From contig RHPI01002503.1 of NCBI GenBank assembly GCA_009103225.1, positions 381,456 to 432,167 on the forward strand: a stretch of DNA of 50,712 bases, in the 5' to 3' direction. Shown here piece by piece: positions 10,101 through 23,600 of the stretch. The stretch comes from Chlorokybus atmophyticus. Lineage: Eukaryota; Plantae; Mesostigma and Chlorokybus algae. The notes below the pieces were generated by a model. The model ran no database searches. It was not told the DNA's origin and saw nothing but the letters and a program-made list of their open reading frames with translations. Within the stretch, counting starts at the first letter, position 1. The number at the start of each line of letters is the position of its first letter. The position numbers and the translations under genes are program-made.

Positions 10101-11067
10101 CACTGTCACAGGTATTTTCTCACTCTACGTACGCAACAGCGCGCACTGCAAACGGCAGAGTCAACGCTGTCCTCCAGAGCAGGCTTGGATGAGCAACTGG
10201 CAAGGGAACGGCAGTTGCGATCTGCTGCGGAAGCCAAAGCTGCAGAAGCACAGCAGGAGGTAGCACGCCTTGAACAAGACTCCCGACAGGCTCAAGGTCA
10301 ACAACAAACGCTGCAAGGAAGGGTGGCCGATTATGAGACGAAGTTGACGCGGACACAAGCGGCGCTTACCCAAGCAGAGTCATCAGAGCGCCTTTCTGCC
10401 GCGCAGGCTGCAACAGTTGGCTCACAGGCTGCTGCACTTCTCGTGGAGGCAACTACAGCGAAAGAAAACCTTGAGAAAGTACAGGCGGAGGTGGAGAGGT
10501 TACGCAATGAGAATGAGCAACTGAAGAACGACCTTGAACAGGCCAAGGTCTGCATTAGGATTTACTGCACTGTCAGTTGGCTACTGTATGCTGCTGTGTT
10601 GACTCATAGTGCATTGCGTTTTAGGGACGGGAGGAGGAGCGGGAGAAGAAGTTCAACACGCGTATTCAGGAGCTCAGGGCGCCCGCAGAGCTACCAACAG
10701 CATCAACTCCACCCCGCGCAGCCGAAGCCAGTTTTACGCCTGGCAAGCGCCGCCGGTCTCCTTACAGTGACATTACAGTCCCCCAGGTAACAACAATATT
10801 GTACAGCAGAAGCGCAGCCCTATGGGGGTTGCTGGTGTGGAAATAGGTCACTAGTTAACACTGTATGCAACCACAGCTCAAGCAAGAGTTGACGGATGCA
10901 GGCTACGGACATGAAGTTCTCAATCTGGGCAAGGTGCTTATCGGCTGCAACTGCTGTGTCGAGTTGTTGCCTTGGGTTTTTTTCTCATGGGTTGCATTGG
11001 CTTGCAGAAGGCGACCAAGAAAGACTTGTATGCATTGTATGAAAGGTTTATTCGAGAAGACAGATGA
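7196..11067 (+). CDS. Guanylate-binding-protein-like GTPase with long coiled coil (plant GBPL3-type), 12 exons
   Basis: P-loop GRSRQGKS, G3 DSEG, YNQ/MGGIDEAALDRL, LVWLLRDF, LFPERECFALVRP. Exons 7196-7567, 7948-8184, 8397-8498, 8662-9072, 9148-9356, 9435-9699, 9792-9920, 10000-10050, 10140-10547, 10625-10786, 10877-10933, 11008-11067 join in phase. The C-terminus TVPQLKQELT..TKKDLYALYE resembles plant GBPs. Confidence 0.88.
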
Positions 11068-11862
11068 CCTTTGTTGCAGCATTGATTGCAATTGTCTCAA
11101 CCAAGGGGTTTATTGTTGGCAGTCACAAGGTGTGCTTATTGCCAATGTAGTTTCCACCTGCATGGTGGTTGCAACGAAGTTGTTGTGGGTGTAAAGATGT
11201 GCAGGTCATTTTGCTTACCACACAGATATGGTGTTGTTTGACCGCCTACACATGAGTGGCGGCACGTGCTGTGTGCTTGTTACCATGCATGTTGCTTGAA
11301 GGCTTCACACCATGCATGCGAGAATTGCAGCATATACTCTCTTTGAACACTAACAAGCTGCATTGTGCCACCTTCCTTGGGACACTGTTACATAACGCTT
11401 CATTGAGGTATTCTTTGACACACGTGCAGCTCTCCCGTTGTGGAAGAGTCCGCAGTGTTATTGCGTCTGGACGTACTGAAGCTGATGATGGCTGGCATGC
11501 TGTGAACCAAAGGTTTTCAGCTTAAGGCAGCTTGCATGACACGTAGAGGTGCTTGCAGTTTGCAAAGCACATTTCTAGAAGATTTGCACATGCATTGTTG
11601 GGTGGGTACAATGTCACACAGTGTGGCCACAGTCGCTACAGCCCTTGCACACATGTGCTGGTAGTGTGCCACTGCCGGCAAGGCACCAGCGCATGGGTCA
11701 TCATTAGAAAGCTCCATGTGTGTCGCCTATCGTCACATCATTTTTATTGGTCATATAGTCTCTGTTGCAGGGGCCTGGCAGAAAATAGCCGGGGATTAAT
11801 GTCAGGTGTGGACGTAAGCCACGCAGAGTTGATGATGTTGCGCAAGCGCATGAGCAAGGCTC

Positions 11863-13866
11863 TCACCTGCCAAAGTGCTCTTCACCAAAGGCGCCTAGCT
11901 CCTTGATCTCCTGCGCATGCAGGCGTACCATGGCAGCCGGGTCAACATGATGCCATGATATGCGCCGCTCCAGCGGTGCTGAGGATGGCAGACTGCATTT
12001 TGGACTATCCCCTTTCCTCCCCCTGCCAGGTGAGGCTGTCCTATCAGATGCTGCCTGCTTCCGAGTGTGCTACATCTCACATGGATTTTCAACACACTCA
12101 CCTGCCACCCGAGCCGCTGCCATCGCAATGGCACTCTTGGAACCCGGGCTTACCCGATGTGAACCCTTCTGTATGTACACGCGTGCCTGCAAGTGTGACA
12201 GCAGAGCATCGCCTACCGATTCCACACCTTGGAATTCCGCTTGTATTTGCATTGCAATCCCAACTTACCGCCCGCATCGAGGACGCAGCACGCCATCACA
12301 ACGTCCGCCGCCGGCACGTTGTACCCCCAGTTTTCTGAGTACCATCTTGCGCATTTGCTCAGCTTCATGCTCTTCAACAAACCTCCACTTACCGCAATCC
12401 CTAGAGAACAACAACAAACCGTTGACAACAGACTGATGGAGAACATGACATAAATATACACACCCATGGCAACTAGTTAACAACAGCTAACTTAATACCA
12501 ACACAGACCCCACCTGCACCCCCATTGATCCAGCCGCCGAGGCCACTCCCTTTGACCTTCTCTCCTGGCTTCCCAGTGGGGCCCTTGATGTTGCCCGTGC
12601 GGCAGGCAAAGTTCGGCCCGCAGCAGTGCGTCATGCCCGCGTAGAGTGTGTCCCGCCCGCTAGCGTCCAAAGAACCCAACGAGCACAGCAGCGCCCGCAC
12701 GTACAAGTATGTGTCGTCATGGGCCATGAGGTACCTGTCATGGTCTGCATGGGTAAGTGTGTCTTTCCAGACTCACAAAGCGTTAACATGAAAGCAGGAC
12801 ATCACTGCATTACCACTTCTTGCCGGGAAACAGTGCAGCGAGCTTGTCCAGCAACACGAGGTAGTCCTCCGGTTGGGCCCCGACGGTCTTGGTGAAGATG
12901 GCAGAGTTGCGCACGCGCCCGAGCCACGACGCGGACAAAGCCTCAAAACGTGCTTGCGAGGCGGCGTCTATGCTTGCAAGGTTCTACACGAGTAGATGGA
13001 TGCAAATAATATGAGATGTTTCCCAACCTCGTACATGCTGTCCCTTTTGCTTAAACAAGGCATCATACCCACCTCTTCATCTGTGTCTGTGCGTTTCTTG
13101 CCCTTCTTGCCTTTGGGAGCATTTAAACGCACGCGCGACATGACCCCAACGGCGATGTCATCATTGGCAAGCAGCCCACAGCTCGCGCTGGTATCCTTAT
13201 TATCGCCTTTGCTCTTCTTTCCGCTTCTCGACTTCTTGCTTTTGCTGCTCTTACTGCTGCTCCTCTCCTCAGCATCTTTTTCAACAACCTTCACCTCCTC
13301 CTCCACCACCTCCTTCGCCTCAACTTCAATGTCCACCTCCTGCTGCTTGTCTGCTGCCGCGCTGGCTGTTGTCAAGTCACTTGGCAACAGCAACACACTC
13401 TCTGTGGTCTTCTGGCGCTTGAAACCAACTTTAACATCATCATCGTCACCCAACAATCGCTGCAGCCGGGCAGAGTGGTCTACACGCCGCTTGATATCCA
13501 TAGCCTTGTCGCCAAGAAGCTTGGCAGCATCCTCATTAACCGCAGCAGCAACTTCAGACACAGCGCCCGGCTGGCTTTCTGCTGCAACAACTATGGCCTT
13601 TGCAACAAGTATTGGAGCCTGGGCCTTTGGTTTGCTGCTAGCGGCGGTGGTGGGGATAGTTCGGGGCTTCTTTCCTATCACCAACGTGCGTAGGGGCGTC
13701 TTTGTAGGCACCAGGCCCTGCCCTTGTGTTGCGTATGTCTTTTGAAGCGCATTGCCCTGGTCTCTAGTCAACAATCCTGCGGGAATGACAGCACAGTATC
13801 AGATTGGTGACATACACATACACCAATGCATGCAGGGTTCTCTCTCGCGCATACGCATCTGTGTGT

Positions 13867-13910
<44 letters not shown>

Positions 13911-15808
13911 NNNNNNNNNNNNNNNNNNNNNNNNNNNNNNNNNNNNNNNNNNNNNNNNNNNNNNNNNNNNNNNNNNNNNNNNNNNNNNNNNNNNNNNNNN
14001 NNNNNNNNNNNNNNNNNNNNNNNNNNNNNNNNNNNNNNNNNNNNNNNNNNNNNNNNNNNNNNNNNNNNNNNNNNNNNNNNNNNNNNNNNNNNNNNNNNNN
14101 NNNNNNNNNNNNNNNNNNNNNNNNNNNNNNNNNNNNNNNNNNNNNNNNNNNNNNNNNNNNNNNNNNNNNNNNNNNNNNNNNNNNNNNNNNNNNNNNNNNN
14201 NNNNNNNNNNNNNNNNNNNNNNNNNNNNNNNNNNNNNNNNNNNNNNNNNNNNNNNNNNNNNNNNNNNNNNNNNNNNNNNNNNNNNNNNNNNNNNNNNNNN
14301 NNNNNNNNNNNNNNNNNNNNNNNNNNNNNNNNNNNNNNNNNNNNNNNNNNNNNNNNNNNNNNNNNNNNNNNNNNNNNNNNNNNNNNNNNNNNNNNNNNNN
14401 NNNNNNNNNNNNNNNNNNNNNNNNNNNNNNNNNNNNNNNNNNNNNNNNNNNNNNNNNNNNNNNNNNNNNNNNNNNNNNNNNNNNNNNNNNNNNNNNNNNN
14501 NNNNNNNNNNNNNNNNNNNNGGGGGGGGCTATACCAGAGGTGTCATCAGGTGGGCTCGCACGAGTTGCGGTGTTCCTATTATCCATATCGGCCCATTTCA
14601 ACACCGTTGATACGCGTGCCTCGGTCCCTCCCCATCCCGTAACCAAACTCCGGCGAGGGTTTGCCTGAAGCTGCTGCTGCTGCGACACCGGCTTCACCTC
14701 TCCTTCCTTTCCCAACTCAGAATTAAAAACCTCTTCGGACCTGCATGCAAGTTTTAACATTGAAAACGTGTAGCCATGCCATTACTTGTGCCCGAAGGGT
14801 GCAGGTTGCATGCATACAACATGCCGTGTGCATGTTCACCTGTCAAACAAGGCCGCTCCCGTGGAGGCCATGAGCTCAGATGTGCGCAGGCGTGAATTGA
14901 CAGCATGCGCGTGAAAGTTGAGCTGGTTTGCCAACAATGACGAAGACGACGAACTGACGCGACCACCCCACAGCTGTGCCGCGGTGCGCTACAACAACAA
15001 TGCATGTTGAGTGTCATTGTTACATGTTGTGTTGTTGTTGCTCACCCGCTCTGTTGCTCACCTTCATGTTGGGAGGCACATTCTGGCGCCCAATCACGCG
15101 GGCAATGTCATTCGCAAAGCTCGTCTGCACCTGTTGCTGCTCTTGACGCTTGTTGTGCTCTACACGGGCAACTTGGCTGCTGGCCTTGGTGTTGGCGAGG
15201 GTGTTGGTGGGGATGTCAACCTTGGTGCTGTAGATGACAGCGAGGGCGTCGTTCTGGCCAACGGTGCTGCCATCATCAACCCTGCGAGCGTTGCGGTAGC
15301 TCCCATCGTCACTGTCGTCCGCCCACACTCTATGCGGCCCTCTGCTCAGCGCTGAGGCGCCTGCACCCAAAACCCTAACCCTCAACCGCAGCCATGACGG
15401 CTACATTGACACTAAGCAGGACCACCGATAGGACCGCCGCCGTGACAACAAGCAAGACGACTTACTTGATGGGTTTGACAAGGAGGACAGACCGGCAATG
15501 CAGCCGCAGAGTGCTAGGAGGGCGAGGGCGTAGAGGGCGGCGCGTAAGCGCACGGCTTTCACAGAGGCGGCGGCGGAGGTGGAGGACGAGAAGAAGGAGG
15601 AGAAGTAGCTGTACTTACGGTCGTGGCGGTCGTCGTCGTCGCTGGCGTCGTTGTTGCGGGTGGCGGCGTCGCCAGCCGTGGCGGATCCGGGCTTGTCGGC
15701 GGCAAGATCCGGGTGCAGCACCGTGAACACCCGGGACGAAGAGGAGAAGGAGGCCGACGGGGAGATCGACCCTCCCCTCGCCGCCCTGCTAGCCCTCACC
15801 GTGGCCAT
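11863..15808 (-). CDS. GT31-family (Fringe / core-1 beta-1,3-galactosyltransferase-like) type II membrane glycosyltransferase, about 10 exons
   Basis: Exons 15808-15466, 15360-15062, 14988-14840, 14740-14535, 13776-13073 (or -13028), 12983-12814, 12734-12514, 12400-12269, 12186-12102, 12040-11863 are phase-consistent. N-terminal TM segment AALYALALLALCGCIAGL. Catalytic-domain motifs KKWYLMAHDDTYL..LYAG, INGGAGIAVS, ADVVMACC, ISWHHVDP. Confidence 0.75.
13875..13910. repeat. (GA)n microsatellite running into an assembly gap
   Basis: Direct reading. Confidence 0.95.
13911..14520. other. Assembly gap (N run), inside a predicted intron of the GT31 gene
   Basis: 610 Ns. Confidence 0.99.
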
Positions 15809-16346
15809 GCCGGCCTAAATCAATGTCTACATCTACTCATCCTCCCTCTACTCATCCTCCTTTGCAAACAGCACACGCAGGGATTTGCACCTGAACAAGT
15901 GAAGCAGTGCCAACGCATACACAAGCCACTTTCACTCTCTGATCCACGTTTATTGCCAAAGCCTATTGCCTAGCTGCTGCCGCCGCCGTTGCTGGCGGTG
16001 TTGCCTGGCGCCAAAGGCATCCACAGATCGCCATCACGTGATCGTTCCGCAACAACCGCGTACTGTAACTCGCAAGTGGAAGACGTCATTCAGTGTGCAA
16101 TGGTGCGACCTGGTTATAGGTCACGAGTGGTTGATCGTTATTACAATCGCAAGCAATTTCTCGCGCTCTCCAACAAAGACCGCAAAGACCACCCAACAGG
16201 TGCAATGTACACGGTATAGGAATCCATGATAACACTATATGCACAAGAAAACACCCACATCATTACCACCTCTAGCCAACTGGGTCTCACGTGAATTTCA
16301 CAACATGAATGCAAGTGCATGAGGATGTACCTCGCCCCTCGCCCCC

Positions 16347-16643
16347 NNNNNNNNNNNNNNNNNNNNNNNNNNNNNNNNNNNNNNNNNNNNNNNNNNNNNN
16401 NNNNNNNNNNNNNNNNNNNNNNNNNNNNNNNNNNNNNNNNNNNNNNNNNNNNNNNNNNNNNNNNNNNNNNNNNNNNNNNNNNNNNNNNNNNNNNNNNNNN
16501 NNNNNNNNNNNNNNNNNNNNNNNNNNNNNNNNNNNNNNNNNNNNNNNNNNNNNNNNNNNNNNNNNNNNNNNNNNNNNNNNNNNNNNNNNNNNNNNNNNNN
16601 NNNNNNNNNNNNNNNNNNNNNNNNNNNNNNNNNNNNNNNNNNN
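16347..16643. other. Assembly gap (N run)
   Basis: 297 Ns. Confidence 0.99.
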
Positions 16644-17041
16644 TCATCATTTCATGTACCTTATCGACATATATACAATTAATGCATTGTATTTCTGTAA
16701 ATGCAAGCTCCCGGGGATGCCGGCTCTACCCTCCGCCCCCCCTTTCATTTAATGAGGGGTGTTGTACGAGGCCTGCAATACGAGTGTAAAAGGGGGTTAC
16801 AAACACCCCCCACCCCATGTCACACGCATGATTCTACATACAAACACCATAATAATCTTTTCTTTATTGCATGCATGAAGTATATAATAAGCAAGACACA
16901 TGTGTGATGACATGCATGGCGAAATGAACAATATCACGCTATGCATGCGTAACTTGTGCGTATTGTGCTGAATGCAATCTGTATAGTAACATTACCGCGT
17001 GACAAAAGCCTATTTTGCTTTTATGTATGCTTCAAAGTCGT

Positions 17042-17445
17042 GAGAGTTTTATGATACATAAAATTGGTGTCAAACTAGTTTAATTGCAACTTACCATAAC
17101 GAAAACATTGGAGGTTTTTCAATATTGTTTTGGGTGGTAAGAGAGATTGTATTAACAAGAGATTGAGATCCATATCGAGGTTAACCTCGCACAAAGCATT
17201 CATTCATATGTGCATACTGTGCTGAATGCAATCCACATCATGTAAACATCATTGCGCAATGAAAAGCGTATGTTGTAAACAAGAGTTTTAATGACGTAAG
17301 GACATTTGTGAGAAACAAATTCGGTATCGAACCAATATGATTGCAACTTACGATCATAAACGCATTGAAGGTTTTTTAACATTGTTTTTTTGTGGTGGGA
17401 AAGGGCTCAATTATAAGAGATTGAGACCTCCATTATAGTTAACCT
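17042..17445. repeat. Diverged AT-rich direct repeat (about 17042-17187 and 17282-17445)
   Basis: Colinear shared blocks AGAGTTTTA, TTGCAACTTAC, CATTG.AGGTTTTT.AA.ATTGTTTT, AAGAGATTGAGA, GTTAACCT. Confidence 0.75.
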
Positions 17446-19006
17446 TGCTCTGTTGAGGCTAACCTCTCAACCTTTTGCTTATTGACATAGGGCTTGTCAA
17501 TGCGCTTGCGGATCAAGGGGGAAGGGGGGGGGGGGGGGGGGGGGGCCTAACCTCAGCCTTTGTGCATCAGGTTTGTAATGCCCCTGCCTGCTGATGCCAG
17601 CTGCCCCGCCTTGCATATCAACNCATGCAGCTGCACATATATTTATTGTTAGAGTTGAAGTATGCTATCAATTATGACATCAAATAAAAGCCCTTCATTT
17701 GCATGCCCCCTCTTTAACATATGATAAGAAACACAGGTTTGTTTACAGCTTTTATTTACTTATAATGAGTCCGCTTAAATGCCATTTGCAAATCATAAAT
17801 GCTCATTGGTTAAAGAATGAGGTAAAAGGGTTCATGTCGAAGCAAAAACACGTGTGGCAACTTGTAGTCACGACCAAGATCGAAAAACGGAATGGTGACA
17901 CATGTGCAAGTTGGCGTTAGTGCACGAGTAATAGCAGCAGTTAACAAGAGCATGAGCAACAATAGCAGCAAAGAGTAGCGATATTTGGTTGATTTCACGA
18001 GCAACATTCATGCGATGCAGATTGACGTAAATGTGCTTTCACTCTTGACAACATGCCCTGCACATGCTAAGTACAAAAAGTAATACGCCATAACAATATC
18101 TCAAGTTAATGGCATTACACTTGACCACATCAAGGCCCGAGCTTGACAAGTGCTCAATTTCCTCCCATCCCCATTAATGTAAGCGAGGGGGGGGGGGGGG
18201 GGNGGGGGACGCTACAAGCATGCTGAGACACCGTTGATGAATGATTCATCCAACTACGCGCAAGCACAGGCAGCAAGGCGGGTCAGCAAACAAAGCACCC
18301 ACATTTGTCATGGTTGTTTTGAGCCTAGGTAAAGCAGCACGGCGCGCTACACATAAGGAATTATATTGTTATTGCATGTATAAACAATGCGAAACGGAAA
18401 TGCATTTGCATAGTGACACGCACAATCAGCAGCATGCAGAATGACATAGCGCATACCATTAATATCATTGTAACACCAAGGTTGACAACCCAATTCACTA
18501 CCTGACACGCTACACTACCCCTACCACCTCGTTAGCCATGTAAGCATGCACATGCATATGCGTGCACATGCACAATGGTCATTGGTTAGTGGCCCAATCT
18601 TCGCCGAGGCAGCAGGCCAAACAGACTCCTCCTCCTCCGCCCTATGTATTGTGCATCACATCCATGTACGTATGTATATAGGCGATTATTCGTTGTGCTA
18701 CCGGCCTTAGATTGACAGCAACACTGATAGTCATATTGGCTGCATTTCCTTGCGCAATGCATGTGGACTGCAAGCATCATGCCTGACTAGAGGCCACTTG
18801 CAGTAGCAATGTGAAATGCCATTGGCTGGTTACTATCCAGACGTGCTATTATGTCGATTGAAATGCAGAACAAGAATTTTGCAAGTCTCGCACGCCGCGC
18901 AACTCTTTAATGCACAATGCACAGTGTAAAATGCAGCATGCACGACTCTTCGCATTAGCAGAACAGCATTCCATGTGATCCTGGATCTCCCAAAGCCTGT
19001 CTACAC

Positions 19007-19924
<918 letters not shown>

Positions 19925-20343
19925 GGTGACCCCGCTTGGACCACCCTGCCCACCAGGGCGACCGCCGTCACACCGCCGCCGCCGCCAACGCGGGGGGAAA
20001 GGACGGCACAACTATTTTGCCGCAGCCCTATGCTGGGGCTGCCGCAGGTCTTACCAGAGTCACATCCAGGTTGCAGGCAACTTGACCCGCCATTGCAGCC
20101 AACCCAGATGGCCTGTCCGCTCTTAACCACGTTAGGATTCGGGGCACCTACCGACGCCCGTACGACGCGGCTGTCGCTCAGAGCAGCGCCTTACGGGCGA
20201 CAATCCGGTTGTGCGGGATAGCAGCTTTGGATGCGTTGCCCCGCCGTGCGATCTGGCGTGGGGCCGCAGTGCGCGGCATCGGAATTGGCGCCAGACCTAA
20301 GCCCTAGCATGATGACTTTCCCCTTTCCTGACTTTCGCCCTAG

Positions 20344-20358
20344 AAACCCTAAACCTAA
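20344..20358. promoter_or_regulatory. Telo-box (AAACCCTAAACCTAA) between divergent RPL23 and NOT1
   Basis: Plant interstitial telomere motif. A second AAACCCTAG lies at 19800-19808 in RPL23 intron 1. Confidence 0.6.
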
Positions 20359-20657
20359 TTCAACAGCTTTGGCTTGAGCTGAGCTCTGACTGCCGGATTG
20401 CGCAGGATTGTAGCGTTGAGGGGTGTGTTGCAGGGTCGTTGGGGCGGACGGCGCTGGTGTTTTGATGGGCTGTTGATTGCATTTGTGTAGCTTTGCGTGG
20501 ATCTCTGCTTACAGCGTCTCTTTGCTTGCTTGCAGTAACTGCCATGGTTGGTGTTGGGTAAAGGCTGCGTTGCTGGTGATTGTCATTGTTGTTGGAGGTA
20601 GTTTTTGTGTTGTTGCTTTGACATAGCAGTCGTTTCATTTGATAAGGGGCGATCAGC

Positions 20658-23600
20658 ATGGTCACCACCATGCCTTTCGCGGCTGCGGTAGCTGCGCAAG
20701 TGCGCTACCTGCTCAGCAACTGCAGTAAAAAGAATTCCCGGACGGTGGCCACTGAGCTGGCACAGGTAATAGTTGACTTTCTGCATAGATTGCCTGCATG
20801 CATGCATTGCTTCTGCTGTGTGCATGCTGCCTAAATCATTGGCAAGTGTGGAGTCATGTGCAGTCGTGGGTGTCTCATGTTGTGATGTAATCGTTGTGCA
20901 GTTGACAGACCTGTACGGCGTTGAAGGTCATGTCTTAGTGCTGCAAGCGCTTTTGGAACAAGTAGATTTACAAGACCATAAGACGCTCAGTACACAACCG
21001 AAGCTGCAGCTATTGTCTGCAGAGCTGGAGCAGCTTGCTGAGTTGCCGCATGCTGCGGCCATCTTACTCCATGCATTGACAACTGCATCGCTCAACAAAG
21101 ATGGGTTTCTGAAGGATGTGGCAGTCGCTTTAAAGCCAGCTCCAGACCAGCTGCTTGCGCTGGCCGTGGCTATGACGGAAGCCTCTGATCCAGAATTGCG
21201 ACAGCAAGGTGGTTACAGCTACAGTGTGCTTTGTGCAATAGCATTGCATTGCGTTTCTAGTACAATGCTCATTTGCACTGCTGCATGGGGTGCAGGGTTT
21301 GAGTTCTTACATACGGAGGGAGAAGAGCTGATCACAAATCTTACCAAGTCGCTGCCCGAAGACTTTGTGCATAAGCTGTGTTGCACTCTAAAGTCGCAGC
21401 ACTCATCTGGTCAATTCGCGGATTTGATCCCGGCGCGATGGGATCATGAAAAGCGGTGGTCGCTGCGGCCTTTGTTCCTGGATGAGTTGCAAGAAGTGAA
21501 TTGCTTAAGGTGGCTTGCCAATTTGCCATGTCAACCCAGTGCTTTGCCGATCTGGCATGCAATCTGTACACTCCCTGAAGTAAGCCCCCAACTGTTGGCT
21601 AACCTGCTGCATTGTGCAGAGACTTCACAGCAGAAGCCGTGGCGCCATTCGAGCTTGCACACCTTGCAAGTCAGCTGGCGACAAATGTCCGTATGGCTGA
21701 TGTGTTTGAGGAGTTGGGCTACTCCAGTTGCGCAAGCAAGACGCAGTTCCTGGAGGTTGTGGACTCAGCTGGTGGGCTGGTTGTGAACGAGAAAGAAGTA
21801 GCCAGGTTGTTGGGAATGATGGCTCGCACACATACTGGACTGGAAGATTCGCAAGGCGTGCACTTGGCGTTCTGCACAGTGCTCGGCGCACTGGCTGTCA
21901 GCACCGGAGAGACAGGAACACCATCGTCTTGGAATCTGGAGGTCGTCGCATCTGCTCTTCAGCAGTTGGTGCGTTTGTCAATTCTTGTATGGTTCCTCAT
22001 TCTGACACAAGTGAGCTTGTTCATTGGGGCTATGCGTATGTTGCTCATACCACTTATGTGCAGGCCCCCAACTTGAACTGGGTGGATACCATTTGCCATT
22101 TGGACTACGAAGGTTTCTATCTTCCGGATCTGAAGGGTCTTGCTCTCATTGTCAGCATGTTCGAAAAGTGTGCTACGGTACGCAATGCTGCTGGTGGCAT
22201 TTGCGGCAAGTGCGTGTTTATGGGCTGTACATCATGTGGAGACTGACGGAAGCATGGCTCTTCTTTTCAGGAAACGTTTCCAGTGCATGCAGTTTGCGGA
22301 AAGCTATGGAAGAACATTGAGGGCCAACTGTCATTTCTGCAGCAAGCTACTTCTGCTCCACAAGATTCATTCAGCTTTGTCAATGCCCCCAACCGCCAGG
22401 TAGTGTATACTGTATGCAATGCTGTGCATGTGACCGTTTGAGTACTACACATGTATACAGAGTATATCATCAATAAAACATGCGGCGTCTCAGCAGGCTC
22501 CCATTGACGGCCTCGCAGTGAGCAAGTCGCCCATGACTGGCTTTGCAAGTCAACACTGGCTGTCGCTAGACTTGATGCACACACTTGTCCTGATTGCCGA
22601 AGGCCATTATGCTGCAGTCCGCGGTATCTTGGATGTGCCATTGAAGCAGTGCCCAGAGCTATTGCTGACTGGCTTGGCACAATTGAAGGTGCAGACGCTA
22701 TATACTGCTTGTGTTTTTCAGTTTTGCCTGCTGAGTGGACGTTTTATGGACGTTTCAACAAACAACAGTGTTGCCAATGTGCCTCAGCAGTCCAGTCGCA
22801 GGTGACTTATTTACTGTGTGGTCCATGCCCTTGTGTGTGGTGACTTTCAGGAATTTGAGAACAGTGTTCTTTGGAACGAGATGGTTGGAACCCTACTGCC
22901 GGTGTACTTGGCCAATCATCCGAATTCTTCTGTTGTATTGCATCGGGTGTGGCCCATGAACAACTCCCTGGTGTTGCGGGCTATGGTGGACATGCACTCA
23001 AAAGACCCTGGAACTGTCTCTCGCGTTCTTGATGTTGCACAAGACCTCAAGGTGTGCTGGCATAATGTGAGTTTGCATAGGACTGTGCTAAGAAGCTGGC
23101 ATCAGCAAGCTAATCTGTATGTGCTACGCAGGTGCTTCCCACCGTTCTGGACGTTCCGCACTACTCCTTCAGCATTGATGTTGCGGCACTGGCATCTCGA
23201 CGGGAGTACCTGAACTTGGAGAAGTGGTTGAACGACAAGATTGCTGCCCATCGCAGTTCATTTTTCCAGGTTTGAATGCTGTGCTTGTGCGTGCCTTCAA
23301 CTTCAATGTTGCAGTGTGCTCAGCATGCACTGCTGTCGGGTTGCTACAATGTTTCTAAGTATGCTTGTCCGCTTTGCTAAATTACTACTTTAAAAATAAG
23401 CTGATGTGCCTGCTAGGCTTGCCTCAACTTCCTCAACGACAAGATTTCGTCAGACCTGAGGACAGGGGATCAGAGCCTGGACGGGCAGCCAACCGGCAAC
23501 ATGGGTCTCACCGGAAGGAATGCTGGCGTAGTCCTCTCCGTTGAAACTGCTGCTGTGTTCTTCCGGGTGAGATTTTGACTAGTGATGTAAAGGCTCGTGT

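Noticed and set aside
12996-13745. 249-aa plus-strand ORF
   Set aside because: Antisense shadow of the low-complexity Lys/Glu/Ala-rich GT31 stem exon.
13752-14760. Long ORFs crossing the N run (also 16141-16789)
   Set aside because: Artefacts of translating Ns and (GA)n.
15966-16229. Short ORFs upstream of the GT31 gene
   Set aside because: No recognisable motif or consistent exon chain.
17521-17545. Long G runs as functional G-quadruplexes (also about 18186, 30773, 50698)
   Set aside because: Homopolymer runs of unreliable length, often next to Ns or gaps, with no supporting context.
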